A DNA stretch of 64,000 bases from an uncultured virus (IMG/VR IMGVR_UViG_3300035520_000906) (IMGVR_UViG_3300035520_000906); one strand, 5' to 3'. Positions 9,183 through 18,727 are shown, counted from the stretch's first letter. Notes: generated by a model not told the origin, from the sequence alone. Program-made: numbers and translations.

Positions 9183-9319
9183 ATTTCCTTTGCTGTTTGA
9201 TTTTCCCTATGCTTTATTTTAATTTAGTTGCTCAAATTTACTTCAATTGCCTTTACAGTTCTTTTTATTTGCTCATATGATTTCTTTTGGTTGCTCATAT
9301 GATTCCTTTTGGTTGACTT

Positions 9320-9580
9320 TCACAGTTCCTCTACTGTGGTTCCTTCTATTTCCTCCAAATTGTCTATTATGATGGCTCGTTCACGTTGCTCTGCTGTTAG
9401 GTGTTCTAGAATGTAAATGATTCTTTTTTCCTCTTCTGGATCAAATGTTACTTTTCTACAAGATGTTAAACTCAAAACTGTTGTTGCTAATAGTATTATT
9501 GCTATTGTTCTTACTATCAATGCTCTATTTCTATGTTTATCTCTGATTCTGATTCTATACTGTTTATTATGCCAAATCAT
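9320..9580 (-). CDS. Small putative lipoprotein
   Basis: Basic N-region, hydrophobic stretch, LSLTSC lipobox-like motif. Confidence 0.55.
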   Translation of the reverse strand: MIWHNKQYRIRIRDKHRNRALIVRTIAIILLATTVLSLTSCRKVTFDPEEEKRIIYILEHLTAEQRERAIIIDNLEEIEGTTVEEL

Positions 9581-10091
9581 TGATGCTGTTCTTGCAATAA
9601 TATACAGTACTTATTCCATTACCACGATCGTTCTCAATCTCTTTTATCAGTTTAAAGTTTAATGTTTCCAAAAGATGTATATGTGTATAATTTGTTGACC
9701 ATGTTCTTGTAATTATATTCTTGTTATATGATATTTCAAAGAGTTTGCTGTACATTTTTCTAGTGATTCCATGATTTCTAAAATCACTATCCACTATTAT
9801 TGTAGTTATGTAGTTTCCTTTTAAATCTTGTTCAATTTGTTTATCTGATATGAATGATATAAAACCAACTGCTCTATTATTTTCTATTGCAAGTATAAAA
9901 CTCTGACTTTTTAACATATCAAAATATAGCAGAGGTTCGTCTGCTTTTGACTGGTCAGTTTTCATATCTTTTTGACATGTACTATTCCTTGCTGAAAGAG
10001 GAGGTACAAAATCATTGTTTGCACTTTTCAATAGTTCCCAAATATCAGTGCTGTATTTTTCATCGAATTGTTCAAGAAATATAATATTCAT
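9567..10091 (-). CDS. GNAT family N-acetyltransferase
   Basis: YITTIIVDSDFRNHGITRKMY is motif A (R-x-x-G); TWSTN..HIHLLETLNF is motif B. Confidence 0.85.
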   Translation of the reverse strand: MNIIFLEQFDEKYSTDIWELLKSANNDFVPPLSARNSTCQKDMKTDQSKADEPLLYFDMLKSQSFILAIENNRAVGFISFISDKQIEQDLKGNYITTIIVDSDFRNHGITRKMYSKLFEISYNKNIITRTWSTNYTHIHLLETLNFKLIKEIENDRGNGISTVYYCKNSINDLA

Positions 10092-10433
10092 GTTTGTACT
10101 ATTTATTACTGTTTATACCTTTCTTAATTTATGTCTAACAAATTTTATGCTATAACAGTTTTAACAACTAGTTCAATAAAAATTTCATACTGTTTATCAT
10201 TATTTTCATTATTGCCCGATTTTTACAAATTTCTTTGTCCGCCACAATTCTTACTAGTTAGAATGTTTTACTAACTTTTTATTGCTCTGTCCAATAATGA
10301 TTATTTACTTACAATTGTTAAAACATTTTTGACATTCTAAAAATCAAAAGTCAAGCATTTTGATGTTTTAAATCACTTATTCTTATCTTTAAAGCTTAAA
10401 GAATGGTATAAACCTACACCAGTGATAGGTGTA

Positions 10434-10988
10434 TTATAAATAGTTCTTGATTATTGTCTCAATAGGAATGTCTGTCCTACCTTTAAGTCTGTGCTCAATT
10501 AACTCATGAATTATCTCTCTTTTTGTTTCTTCATCAAATTCCTTGCCATACTTAATTTTTAATGTGTTATCATTCAAGGCTCCAAATGCACATTCAAAAT
10601 TATAATCTCTTATCCATGAGTAAAATGCTTCTGCACTTACATAAAGTTCCATTTCTCTTACAATTTCGTTACCAGTCATGTAATTACTGTAAAGTATTAA
10701 CATATCCTCGCAATCTTCAATTTTGAACAGACCTAATGAATTTTTAGAATAAATTTTTCTTGAAAGTTGCTGTCTCTCATAAGTATTAACTAGTCTAATA
10801 TTCTCATTTAATACTCTGTCGTTTTCATTGAAAAGCTCTTTGTTAGCTTCTTTCAATCTTTCCAATTCTTCTTTAAGTTCTTCATTTTCAGCCATTAGTT
10901 GTTCATTATCTTTTCTAAGCATAAGGTTCTCTTCTCTTAACCTTAAAAGCTGTAGGTCAACATCATACTGAGTGCTGTTTGTATACAT
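10434..10988 (-). CDS. Coiled-coil hypothetical protein
   Basis: N-terminal heptads LREENLMLRKDNEQLMAENEELKEELERLK; GGAGG RBS. Confidence 0.75.
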   Translation of the reverse strand: MYTNSTQYDVDLQLLRLREENLMLRKDNEQLMAENEELKEELERLKEANKELFNENDRVLNENIRLVNTYERQQLSRKIYSKNSLGLFKIEDCEDMLILYSNYMTGNEIVREMELYVSAEAFYSWIRDYNFECAFGALNDNTLKIKYGKEFDEETKREIIHELIEHRLKGRTDIPIETIIKNYL

Positions 10989-11059
10989 TCTGGTTTCCTC
11001 CCATAAAAATTTTATTTTAAATACATATTGTAATGTTGATATGTATGTTTTTACATAAA

Positions 11060-11090
11060 AATAGGAAGTACTTTTATTGTACTTCCTATT
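11060..11090 (-). terminator. Intrinsic terminator
   Basis: 12-bp stem AATAGGAAGTAC/GTACTTCCTATT followed by T-run on the minus strand. Confidence 0.7.
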
Positions 11091-11108
11091 CTATACTATT
11101 TTAATTGT

Positions 11109-11546
11109 TTATACAAACTTAAATGCTTCCTCTAAATATTCATCAATGTTATGAACTATTCTTCCAGTGTTTAGTATCTTAATTTCAAACGGTTCGTTTC
11201 CAAAATCCATTGTATGCATTAAGTTAATTGTTAAATCCTTACTTTTTGCCACTTCTAAAATATACTTTGCACAATTATTACCACATTTAGATGCATTATA
11301 AATTCTGCTGTCATCAAAATTCATTAGTAGTAGTGTCTTTGTTCCTTCTGACAATAACAAAGGAGTTATCTGTCCAAGTACAGGACTTTGTATACAGTTA
11401 CTGCTAATTACATCTGATTTATCCACTTCCTTAATGATCTTCTTAGCAAAATCTGAATTTATCCAATCATCCTCATATGTGTTGTCAAAATATATTGATG
11501 TGTCCCATATTACTTCATCCATGTCTCAAAAATAAATACTAAGCAT
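11109..11546 (-). pseudogene. DUF4869-family gene with in-frame TGA at codon 7 (intact ORF from Met at 11522)
   Basis: Family motif YFDNTYEDDWI...IKEVDKS...SPVLGQITP..LS.G.KTL; reading from ATG 11546 (AAAGGA RBS) gives MLSIYF*DMDEV. Confidence 0.65.
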
Positions 11547-11572
11547 ATAACCAATATTCCTTTCAAGTGTAT

Positions 11573-11965
11573 CTATTCATACATTGCTCTGACTACATTA
11601 TCCAACTTCATTCTGTATTTCCATGCAGTTGAAACTGAACAATGTGCTTCTCTTGAAATGTGTGGTAAAGAATAAGCATTTACATAGCCTTTTAATACTT
11701 CTTCCATTCTATTATCCGATAGATGACTATATCTTAAAAAGCTATCTTGATTTTCTGAAAAGGTTTTACCACACTTCTTACAGATGTATCTTTGTAAACC
11801 TATTTTCGTTTTACCATGCTTTTTGTATTTTACTGAGTTACATAGCGGACAACTAAGCTCAACTTTAGTATGAATTTTCTTATTTAGCCTTACCAACAGT
11901 TGTTCTTTTTCTTCTGAAGTTAAATTACTTATTAAAGATAGTAATTCTTCATTAGTTAATGCCAT
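11573..11965 (-). mobile_element. IS1595/IS1-like transposase N-terminal remnant (Zn ribbon + HTH, no DDE domain)
   Basis: CPLC...KHGK...QRYICKKCGKTF followed by an HTH-like SLPHISREAHCSVSTAWKYRMKL; stops before any catalytic domain. Confidence 0.7.
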
Positions 11966-11985
11966 TATTAAACCTCCCTTAACTT

Positions 11986-12735
11986 TTACATATATTTAAC
12001 TGTGTTATCATTCAATAGGTAATCTATTCCATCCCTATAAGCATATAACAACTCATTTCCCCAGATGGTTGTATATAAACCTATTGATGTAAAGTTATGA
12101 ATCTCAATGATTGCAGTTCCTTCTTTTCCGACCATTATATCTAATGAATATGACTTTAACCATTTCTCATGAAATGAAATTAAGTTTACTGCCTTCTGTA
12201 TCAACTTTATGTCTGGAAGTAATAATGGGTCTCCATTATATAATGTTATGTTTATAATTTCATTGTTTATCACATAAACTCTGTATTCTGCTTGAATAGC
12301 AAATGGAGAACTCACTTGATAATATCTGTCTTTTGCTAATCCATTCACAATATCATAAAAGCCAAACCATGCTAACTGAGAATAACTCTTAAGTTCACTT
12401 ACATCTTTTATAAACCATTGCCCAGTTTTAGGTAAGTCTTCCCATTTTACTATATTGTAATCTCTCTTAAGAAACTCGTCTGTCTGTAAATACTTTGGAA
12501 TCTCAACAGGAACTTCATGGTCGAAGTTATATAACTTCTGAAGCGTTTTTGTTACAAACTCTATTGTTCCAATAGGTATAACACCTTTCTCTATGTCTGT
12601 TTTATCAATTTCACTCAATGACAATGTTTTATAATCAAATGTATACTTATTTCTTCTAAGTATCTGCTCTGTTATAAGCTTCTCTTCTTCAAGAGTATGT
12701 GAATCTAACATTTCTGATTGTAGTAATACATTCAT
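11986..12735 (-). CDS. ATP-grasp protein (R2K clade / DUF4343-like)
   Basis: IPIGTIEFV, WFIKD, AEYRVYV, YSLDIMV..GTAIIEIHNFTSIGLY pattern. Confidence 0.75.
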   Translation of the reverse strand: MNVLLQSEMLDSHTLEEEKLITEQILRRNKYTFDYKTLSLSEIDKTDIEKGVIPIGTIEFVTKTLQKLYNFDHEVPVEIPKYLQTDEFLKRDYNIVKWEDLPKTGQWFIKDVSELKSYSQLAWFGFYDIVNGLAKDRYYQVSSPFAIQAEYRVYVINNEIINITLYNGDPLLLPDIKLIQKAVNLISFHEKWLKSYSLDIMVGKEGTAIIEIHNFTSIGLYTTIWGNELLYAYRDGIDYLLNDNTVKYM

Positions 12736-12780
12736 AATGTGTTCTCCAATTCTGACTTCTAACTTTCCTAATCTAAATTT

Positions 12781-12809
12781 ATTATATCATATTTTATTGA
12801 AAATTACAA
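12781..12809 (-). promoter_or_regulatory. SigmaA-type promoter
   Basis: Minus strand TTGTAA-17 bp-TATAAT with extended -10 TG, upstream of 12735. Confidence 0.6.
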
Positions 12810-12812
12810 CAT

Positions 12813-13355
12813 TTATTTGTATAATTTTATTACTATCTTATCTTTATTGTCCTTTGCAATCTTTTTAATGTATTCTAATTCTGCTTCTCTTACCTTTGAT
12901 TCTATGTTATGTGAAATAAGTTTTTCGCCAATTATAATTAGCATAATGCTTATCAAAATAGGTATTCCTATATTTATTATATTGTCTAAAATTATTGAAG
13001 ATTTTTCACTATAATCATAGCTATTGTCAACATTTATACAAAATGTTGTTTTGTTAGGCACATTTGATTCAAATAAATATGGTCTGTATGAATATAATAC
13101 CATATTCTCATTATTTACTATGCCTATATAGTCACCATAATAAGCTGTTGTTCCATCGTATGTGTATGATTGAATATCAACTAGTTCTGCCTCAACATCC
13201 ACTGTATTATCTTTAGATTCGCTATAATCTGGTATGTTACTAAATGTAAATGCTATTATTCTAATTGCTAGTATTATTACTGCTACTGCTAGTAAATATG
13301 TTAAGCCGTTTATTACTTTTCTTGAAATGTTTCTCTTATTACTTTTATGTTGCAT
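12813..13355 (-). CDS. Two-TM membrane protein with extracytoplasmic loop
   Basis: Two hydrophobic segments flanking a ~85-aa polar domain. Confidence 0.7.
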   Translation of the reverse strand: MQHKSNKRNISRKVINGLTYLLAVAVIILAIRIIAFTFSNIPDYSESKDNTVDVEAELVDIQSYTYDGTTAYYGDYIGIVNNENMVLYSYRPYLFESNVPNKTTFCINVDNSYDYSEKSSIILDNIINIGIPILISIMLIIIGEKLISHNIESKVREAELEYIKKIAKDNKDKIVIKLYK

Positions 13356-13667
13356 TGTGTTACCTTATTACTTTCTAATTGAACATATCATTTCTCCTAT
13401 ACCACATATTAGAAGTATTATTGATAACATATTTGATACTACTATGCTTATTGTCTCTGATGAAGTATGTATTTAACAAATATTAGATGTAATTACTATT
13501 AAAGCCATTGCTATACATATTATTCCAAATTGTATACATAATATTTTATCTATGATTACTTCTCTATTATCACTTGTCCTTTTATTTTCTCCTTATTGTT
13601 TTTATCTATCCTAAATGTTTAAATAAATATTTTTTTATTCTAAATATTCAACTCCTTTCAAATAAAT

Positions 13668-13705
13668 TAAGGGTGACCACAGTTTATTTAATGCAGTCAC
13701 CCTTA
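13668..13705 (-). terminator. Terminator hairpin
   Basis: Stem TAAGGGTGAC/GTCACCCTTA after the stop at 13711. Confidence 0.6.
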
Positions 13706-13710
13706 GTAGT

Positions 13711-13917
13711 TTATTGCTGTTTCTTAAATATTGAATATGATATAATTAGTATGCCTACAACTACTGCTCCTACAGACCTATAATTTACTCTACCTTGTAT
13801 AATAAACAGTACTCCAAACACAATCATCAGTACTCCAAAACTTGCCAACAGAATTTTAGGAGTTTCTTTTACATTTCTTGGGTCATCATCTATCTCTTCA
13901 TGCCTCTGTGTGTTCAT
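13711..13917 (-). CDS. Small two-TM membrane protein
   Basis: GGGAGG RBS; two hydrophobic helices. Confidence 0.65.
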   Translation of the reverse strand: MNTQRHEEIDDDPRNVKETPKILLASFGVLMIVFGVLFIIQGRVNYRSVGAVVVGILIISYSIFKKQQ

Positions 13918-14374
13918 TGTTATTACCTCCCAGTTTTCTTGTAAGTACTAATATAAACATTGCAAATGCAACTATAATTAGCATGTATCTTACTGCATAT
14001 GATATGTAACTTACTGGTATAATATATGCTAATATTGTTTCAACTATAAATGATGCTACACCAATTATTATTACTTTCTTATCTGATAATGAATTATTTA
14101 TTTTATGATATGTGTTAGTTGCAAAATTTATAAGCATTTGTGCTGTTTTTGGAACATCATCCTTTATACTACATAGTAACATCATTGATATTGTTATGCA
14201 AGCTATCATTATTATAAATGGTATTGAACTTCTGAATAGTCCATACAATGTTCCATCTCCGTAACCAAATATTAAACCTCCATACAATGTACTGAATGTT
14301 GCTACTACAAACAATGTTATAGCTGCTATAAATTGAATGTTATTTTTTAGTTCTTTGATTGATTGTCTTCTCAT
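13898..14374 (-). CDS. Four-TM membrane protein
   Basis: Four hydrophobic segments; ATGA overlap with the upstream gene. Confidence 0.7.
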   Translation of the reverse strand: MRRQSIKELKNNIQFIAAITLFVVATFSTLYGGLIFGYGDGTLYGLFRSSIPFIIMIACITISMMLLCSIKDDVPKTAQMLINFATNTYHKINNSLSDKKVIIIGVASFIVETILAYIIPVSYISYAVRYMLIIVAFAMFILVLTRKLGGNNNEHTEA

Positions 14375-14796
14375 CTCTTGGTTCCCCCCATATAATAAAA
14401 TGTTATTATGTATAATACTGATGTAGTAAGAATAGCTTCAAATGCTATTGTAATATAAGTTTGCTCTATATTTAGTGCTGTCACGAATAATGTTATAACT
14501 GCAACTATGACCATTCCAAATATAAACTTCTCTGATATTTTACTGTATAATGCCTTACTCAATTTAATGAATGGTTTATTAGCTTTATTTATTGCATGCT
14601 TTGACTTCTCTGATATACTATACATAATTAAAGCCTGAATACATTCTAGTATAAGAAGTGCTAATATAAATATTGATAAGTTAGTGTGTTTCATTGTATC
14701 TAATATTATTACATAGTTCAGTACATAAATTATAGCAAGACTTATTATATATGAAACTACATATTCAATACAATATATTTTTTCTCTTACATTCAT
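14371..14796 (-). CDS. Four-TM membrane protein
   Basis: Four hydrophobic segments, same layout as its neighbour. Confidence 0.7.
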   Translation of the reverse strand: MNVREKIYCIEYVVSYIISLAIIYVLNYVIILDTMKHTNLSIFILALLILECIQALIMYSISEKSKHAINKANKPFIKLSKALYSKISEKFIFGMVIVAVITLFVTALNIEQTYITIAFEAILTTSVLYIITFYYMGGTKR

Positions 14797-14871
14797 ACTA
14801 TGTATACTCCATATTTACTAAAAATATTTAATTTTAATCCCAACTATGTATAATGTAGTATTTTTAGACAA

Positions 14872-14903
14872 TTAAACCCTACATACATGTATGTAGGGTT
14901 TAA
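14872..14903. terminator. Perfect 32-bp palindrome, probable terminator
   Basis: TTAAACCCTACATACATGTATGTAGGGTTTAA, 14 bp after the stop at 14918. Confidence 0.6.
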
Positions 14904-14917
14904 GCATTTTTCTTTTA

Positions 14918-16312
14918 TTACATATTGCTACTATAATCCATGTCTATACCGCATAAACCTTGACTATTGAAGTCTAACTCCAATGATGAATATGTATTGT
15001 CTCCATATTCATACCAGCGATATTCTGTAAATCCCTCAGATCCATCTTCTGGTTCATAAGTGTATTCATAATCAGGTTCACCTATTACATCAATTGCATC
15101 TTCAAGTGTAAGGTTCTGTGTTAAATTACTACCAATATCAAATGTAATTACACCATCCTGACCTATTGTTCCACCAACTTCTGAGTTGTATTTATGTATT
15201 GCATCATATGATACATTTAATAATACACAATCTGTAAATGCTTTTGTTTCATCTGTATTATTAGTAAACTGTAATGTTAATGTACCATAATTAGTAGGAT
15301 AGTCTCCTAAACGAAGAAACGTAAAACTGTAATAATCTGGTTCAATCTCAGTATTTTCGTATTCTTCATAATTACCTGTACTAATATATTGCTTAATGTC
15401 TGATAATTTTGTTTCCCCAAATGTCCATTCTTCACCATTAACTACAATATGTATTCCATCATAATTATTAAGGTTAACTGATTCTTTTGCTTCAAAGTTA
15501 CTTCCATTTATTATGTAACTATAATCATTAGTGCTTTCATAATCCTGTGATTCAGATGATACTACAAAATCATCATCTGAGTTATCAGCATCTGCATCAT
15601 ACTCATACTCGTAAAAGCTTGAATCATAATCATTGTTAGATTCAATATCATAAATTCCTGTACCGTTTTCTCCACTGTCTATCTCAACATTTTCATCTTC
15701 TATCAAATTACTAAGAGTTCCCAGTGAAACTATTCCTGTAAACAGTAAAATTATCCACAGTGCTAAACTTATAATACTTATTATAATACCAGCTGTTGCT
15801 TTTCCATTTGATCTGCATTTTGCTTTACCTATAATACTGCAAATTAAAGCAGGGATACCAAGAATAGGCCCACAGCATATAATTGATAAAATTGAAAATA
15901 TTAAACCAACTAATGAAATGGTTGCACCAGGCTGTTTCTGTGGATACATCTGTTGATTCAATGAATACTGATTATATTGGGGTTGCTGCTGTCCATGCAT
16001 TCCATAATTATCTTGGTATCCATTTTGCTGGTATCCATTTTGATACTGTTGCTGTCCATAGTTTTGCTGTTGACCATACTGTGGTTGCTGTATATATCCG
16101 TTATTATACTGCTGATTGTAATTCTGCTGAGTCTGTTGGTTATAAACTCCTTGCTGAGTTTGTTGTCCATATTGCTGTTGCTGAGGTTGCTTGCTCAAGT
16201 TCATTGTTTGATCTTGATTCTGTGTTGGTCTCTGAATCTGCCCTTGTGGTTGACCATACCCCTGTGGATTGGTATTCATACCATTTCCATTTGTACCGTT
16301 ACTGACTTCCAT
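14918..16312 (-). CDS. Membrane protein: Q/N/Y-rich N-terminus, DUF4190-like TM pair, acidic extracellular domain
   Basis: ATISLVGLIFSILSIICCGPILGIPALICSIIG...GKATAGIIISII; GGAGG RBS. Confidence 0.8.
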   Translation of the reverse strand: MEVSNGTNGNGMNTNPQGYGQPQGQIQRPTQNQDQTMNLSKQPQQQQYGQQTQQGVYNQQTQQNYNQQYNNGYIQQPQYGQQQNYGQQQYQNGYQQNGYQDNYGMHGQQQPQYNQYSLNQQMYPQKQPGATISLVGLIFSILSIICCGPILGIPALICSIIGKAKCRSNGKATAGIIISIISLALWIILLFTGIVSLGTLSNLIEDENVEIDSGENGTGIYDIESNNDYDSSFYEYEYDADADNSDDDFVVSSESQDYESTNDYSYIINGSNFEAKESVNLNNYDGIHIVVNGEEWTFGETKLSDIKQYISTGNYEEYENTEIEPDYYSFTFLRLGDYPTNYGTLTLQFTNNTDETKAFTDCVLLNVSYDAIHKYNSEVGGTIGQDGVITFDIGSNLTQNLTLEDAIDVIGEPDYEYTYEPEDGSEGFTEYRWYEYGDNTYSSLELDFNSQGLCGIDMDYSSNM

Positions 16313-16820
16313 GTTTACATTCCTCCATTAAATTTATTTAATAAACTTATTCCTCTGTTTTCAATTATTTCTAATCATATTTTCCTACTAGTCGTTCCCA
16401 TGTTGAATGTTCTCCTTAACAAGATTTTGTGACCTATTTAATTTTTATTATGTATAATCTAAATTTAAAAAATTAGAAATACAATTCATCTTATAAATAG
16501 TGTTACTAAACATGTTTAACATGAAACTTTATGTATATTACAATTATGATGGTCAATTTACTATATTACCACTGATATATTGTTTTATCAATGCTATTAA
16601 GAACTTCTAAAATTTTTAAATTTTTTAAAATACACGCCTTCACTGTAACGTATACCCAATTTTTACCCACTGTTTAGCTTACATGTCTTTCAATTAAGAC
16701 ATGCTATGTATTTGTTTTATCAACAGTTATGTATCAAATTCCAACTTCATGATAAATTAACAACACAAGTTTATAATTTTTAATTTATGCTGTCACTAGC
16801 AATGTATACTAAAATTTTTC

Positions 16821-17420
16821 CTACTGTTTAATACTTTTTACACCAATGCTCATATACTTCATAGATTCCTTTTTAACCTCATCGGACACACCAATATATC
16901 TTAATGTTACATCTTCTGATGAATGATTAAATATATCCATTAGTAATCTTATATCATGATTGTAATAGTAGTGCCAATAACCAAATGTTTTTCTCATACT
17001 ATGACAACCGATATTATCTGTAATTCCTACTGCTCTAGCTGCTTCATTAAGGTCTAAATATATCTGGTATCTCGACAAAGGTAAAGGTTTACCATCTTTA
17101 TCCTTGTTTCTACTTTCAAACATCCAGGCTGAATCATCTCTATCTTTAATGTATTCAGTAATTAAACCGTTAAGCTCATCTGAAATTGGCACACGTACTT
17201 TCTTTCCATACTTCTGTGTTTTCTCTGGTGTCAACTCTACAAACCCTTGCTCACATGACTTTCTGTAAAAGCCAACTTTCTGATGTGTAAAGTCAGTTAC
17301 ACGAATACCTAAATTTATTCCAATCTCAAACATAACATAGTCACGTATATTCTTATTATATAGGTATTCAATCATTTCGTTTAATTTCTTTTTATCCATT
17401 ATAGGTTCTACTCTACTCAT
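16821..17420 (-). CDS. Short tyrosine recombinase/integrase
   Basis: Catalytic residues LGIRVTD (R), EKTQK (K), HSMRKTF (HxxR), FNHSSEDVTLRYIG (H, Y); AGGAGG RBS. Confidence 0.93.
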   Translation of the reverse strand: MSRVEPIMDKKKLNEMIEYLYNKNIRDYVMFEIGINLGIRVTDFTHQKVGFYRKSCEQGFVELTPEKTQKYGKKVRVPISDELNGLITEYIKDRDDSAWMFESRNKDKDGKPLPLSRYQIYLDLNEAARAVGITDNIGCHSMRKTFGYWHYYYNHDIRLLMDIFNHSSEDVTLRYIGVSDEVKKESMKYMSIGVKSIKQ

Positions 17421-17632
17421 TTCATGTTTACCTCCTAAATAATTAAAATAACTACTTCTTATTATTTATAAGTACTATGTTCAACTCAACATTTTGTTTT
17501 TTAGGTCTAATTTTTACCAAAAAATGTTGAATTCATGCTATTTACATTATTAATGTCTACTTAATTTCAAATGTTTAGCTATTTAACTACTATGCTATTG
17601 AAATGTAGTTTTCAAATATATAATGTAGAATC

Positions 17633-17662
17633 AATTCAACAAAATAAAAATTTTGTTGAATT
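17633..17662. promoter_or_regulatory. 12-6-12 inverted repeat, candidate recombinase core site or operator
   Basis: AATTCAACAAAA-TAAAAA-TTTTGTTGAATT; related arms TCAACATTTT (17486) / AAAATGTTGA (17521). Confidence 0.5.
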
Positions 17663-17733
17663 CGAGTCCTCCCTTTAATACACTGTATTATCATAACATA
17701 TAATGTTTATTTTTATAATTCTAAGCACAAAAA

Positions 17734-17762
17734 TAGCAGGTACCACAAATGTGTACCTGCTA
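17734..17762 (-). terminator. Intrinsic terminator
   Basis: Stem TAGCAGGTAC/GTACCTGCTA followed by T5 on the minus strand. Confidence 0.75.
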
Positions 17763-17792
17763 CTATGGTCAAAGGACTTTATTCCCAGTTGA

Positions 17793-18107
17793 TTATTCCT
17801 CAACTACATAGACCAACTGTGCTGCTGAGTAGTTAACACTCCAAGTCACAACCTTAGGCTGATCCTCTTTAGAGATGAGTTCGTTAACAATGTCATCCTG
17901 AGCTTTCTGAAAAGCCTGCTGTGCATCTGCAATCTGTTTCTGACAAGCTGCTACCATTGGACTGCTGATGAACTTGGTATTGTTGTCCATTGCATGCATG
18001 TCCATGAGAGTAGCAAGTACTTCTTTCTTTGAACGAAGGTCACAATCAAGTGCCTGAAGATTACTAGCCTGTTCCTTACTGATTTCCAGTGTGATTTCTT
18101 TGTTCAT
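17793..18107 (-). CDS. Protein resembling the CXXX-repeat peptide modification system accessory protein
   Basis: ~100 aa, helical hairpin then W-S-V-N-Y...L-V-Y C-terminus, adjacent to a CxxxC-repeat gene; resemblance recalled, not searched. Confidence 0.5.
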   Translation of the reverse strand: MNKEITLEISKEQASNLQALDCDLRSKKEVLATLMDMHAMDNNTKFISSPMVAACQKQIADAQQAFQKAQDDIVNELISKEDQPKVVTWSVNYSAAQLVYVVEE

Positions 18108-18182
18108 GTTTTAAATCTCCTTTAAATAAAAATTACTCTAATTATATCTAAATGCATATATTATGGCACTTAAATCAAAATT

Positions 18183-18223
18183 AATTCTAGCACTTATGTA
18201 TTCACTGCACAAGTGCTAGAATT
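18183..18223 (-). terminator. Terminator hairpin
   Basis: 13-bp stem AATTCTAGCACTT/AAGTGCTAGAATT. Confidence 0.65.
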
Positions 18224-18241
18224 TTAAGCTATAACTGATTA

Positions 18242-18278
18242 TTACTCTGTTACTTTACTCTGTTACTTTACTCTGTTA
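18242..18278. repeat. 13-bp tandem repeat x~2.8 spanning a stop codon
   Basis: TTACTCTGTTACT at 18242, 18255 and partial at 18268. Confidence 0.85.
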
Positions 18279-18727
18279 ATTGTACCAGATGTTTTACTTA
18301 CACCGTGTCCGTATATTTTTGCACCACTTGAACCAGTACAACCAGTACAACCATTACAAGTATTTATGCAACTTCCTACACATAATCCAGTACATAAACC
18401 ATTACAAGATGATACCTCTGTTGAATCCCCTGTAATTTGTTCTTTAGACAATTTATCTACCAAATCTAATAGTTCAGCATCAAATGCCTCTGGAAGTGTG
18501 TCTCCCTTGACTACATATCTTAAATCCTTGTAGTCACAAATCTGTAAAAGTAAATCTATTATTTTCTTACCTTGGTCAGCTGTTATTGCACGTCCAGCTT
18601 GTGGAACTTCAGTGAAGTCATATTCATCACTTGCAAACTCTGCTACTGAACCTAAGCCACTTCTTCGAGCTAGTTCAGCTTTTAACTTGGCTTTAAGTTC
18701 AATTACCTGTTCAGCTGTCATTGCCAT
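18263..18727 (-). CDS. Cys-rich CxxxC-repeat protein (putative modification target)
   Basis: C-terminal CNGLCTGLCVGSCINTCNGCTGC (7 Cys, spacing 4,4,4,4,3,3); GGAGG RBS. Confidence 0.75.
   Translation of the reverse strand: MAMTAEQVIELKAKLKAELARRSGLGSVAEFASDEYDFTEVPQAGRAITADQGKKIIDLLLQICDYKDLRYVVKGDTLPEAFDAELLDLVDKLSKEQITGDSTEVSSCNGLCTGLCVGSCINTCNGCTGCTGSSGAKIYGHGVSKTSGTINRVK

Noticed and set aside
9269..9315. 22-bp duplication TTGCTCATATGATTYCTTTTGG x2
   Set aside because: Only two copies and unrelated to the ACTAGT family; probably a slippage duplication.
13368..13590. Possible decayed two-TM membrane gene
   Set aside because: A hydrophobic frame interrupted by an in-frame TAA and lacking a clear start; too weak to call.
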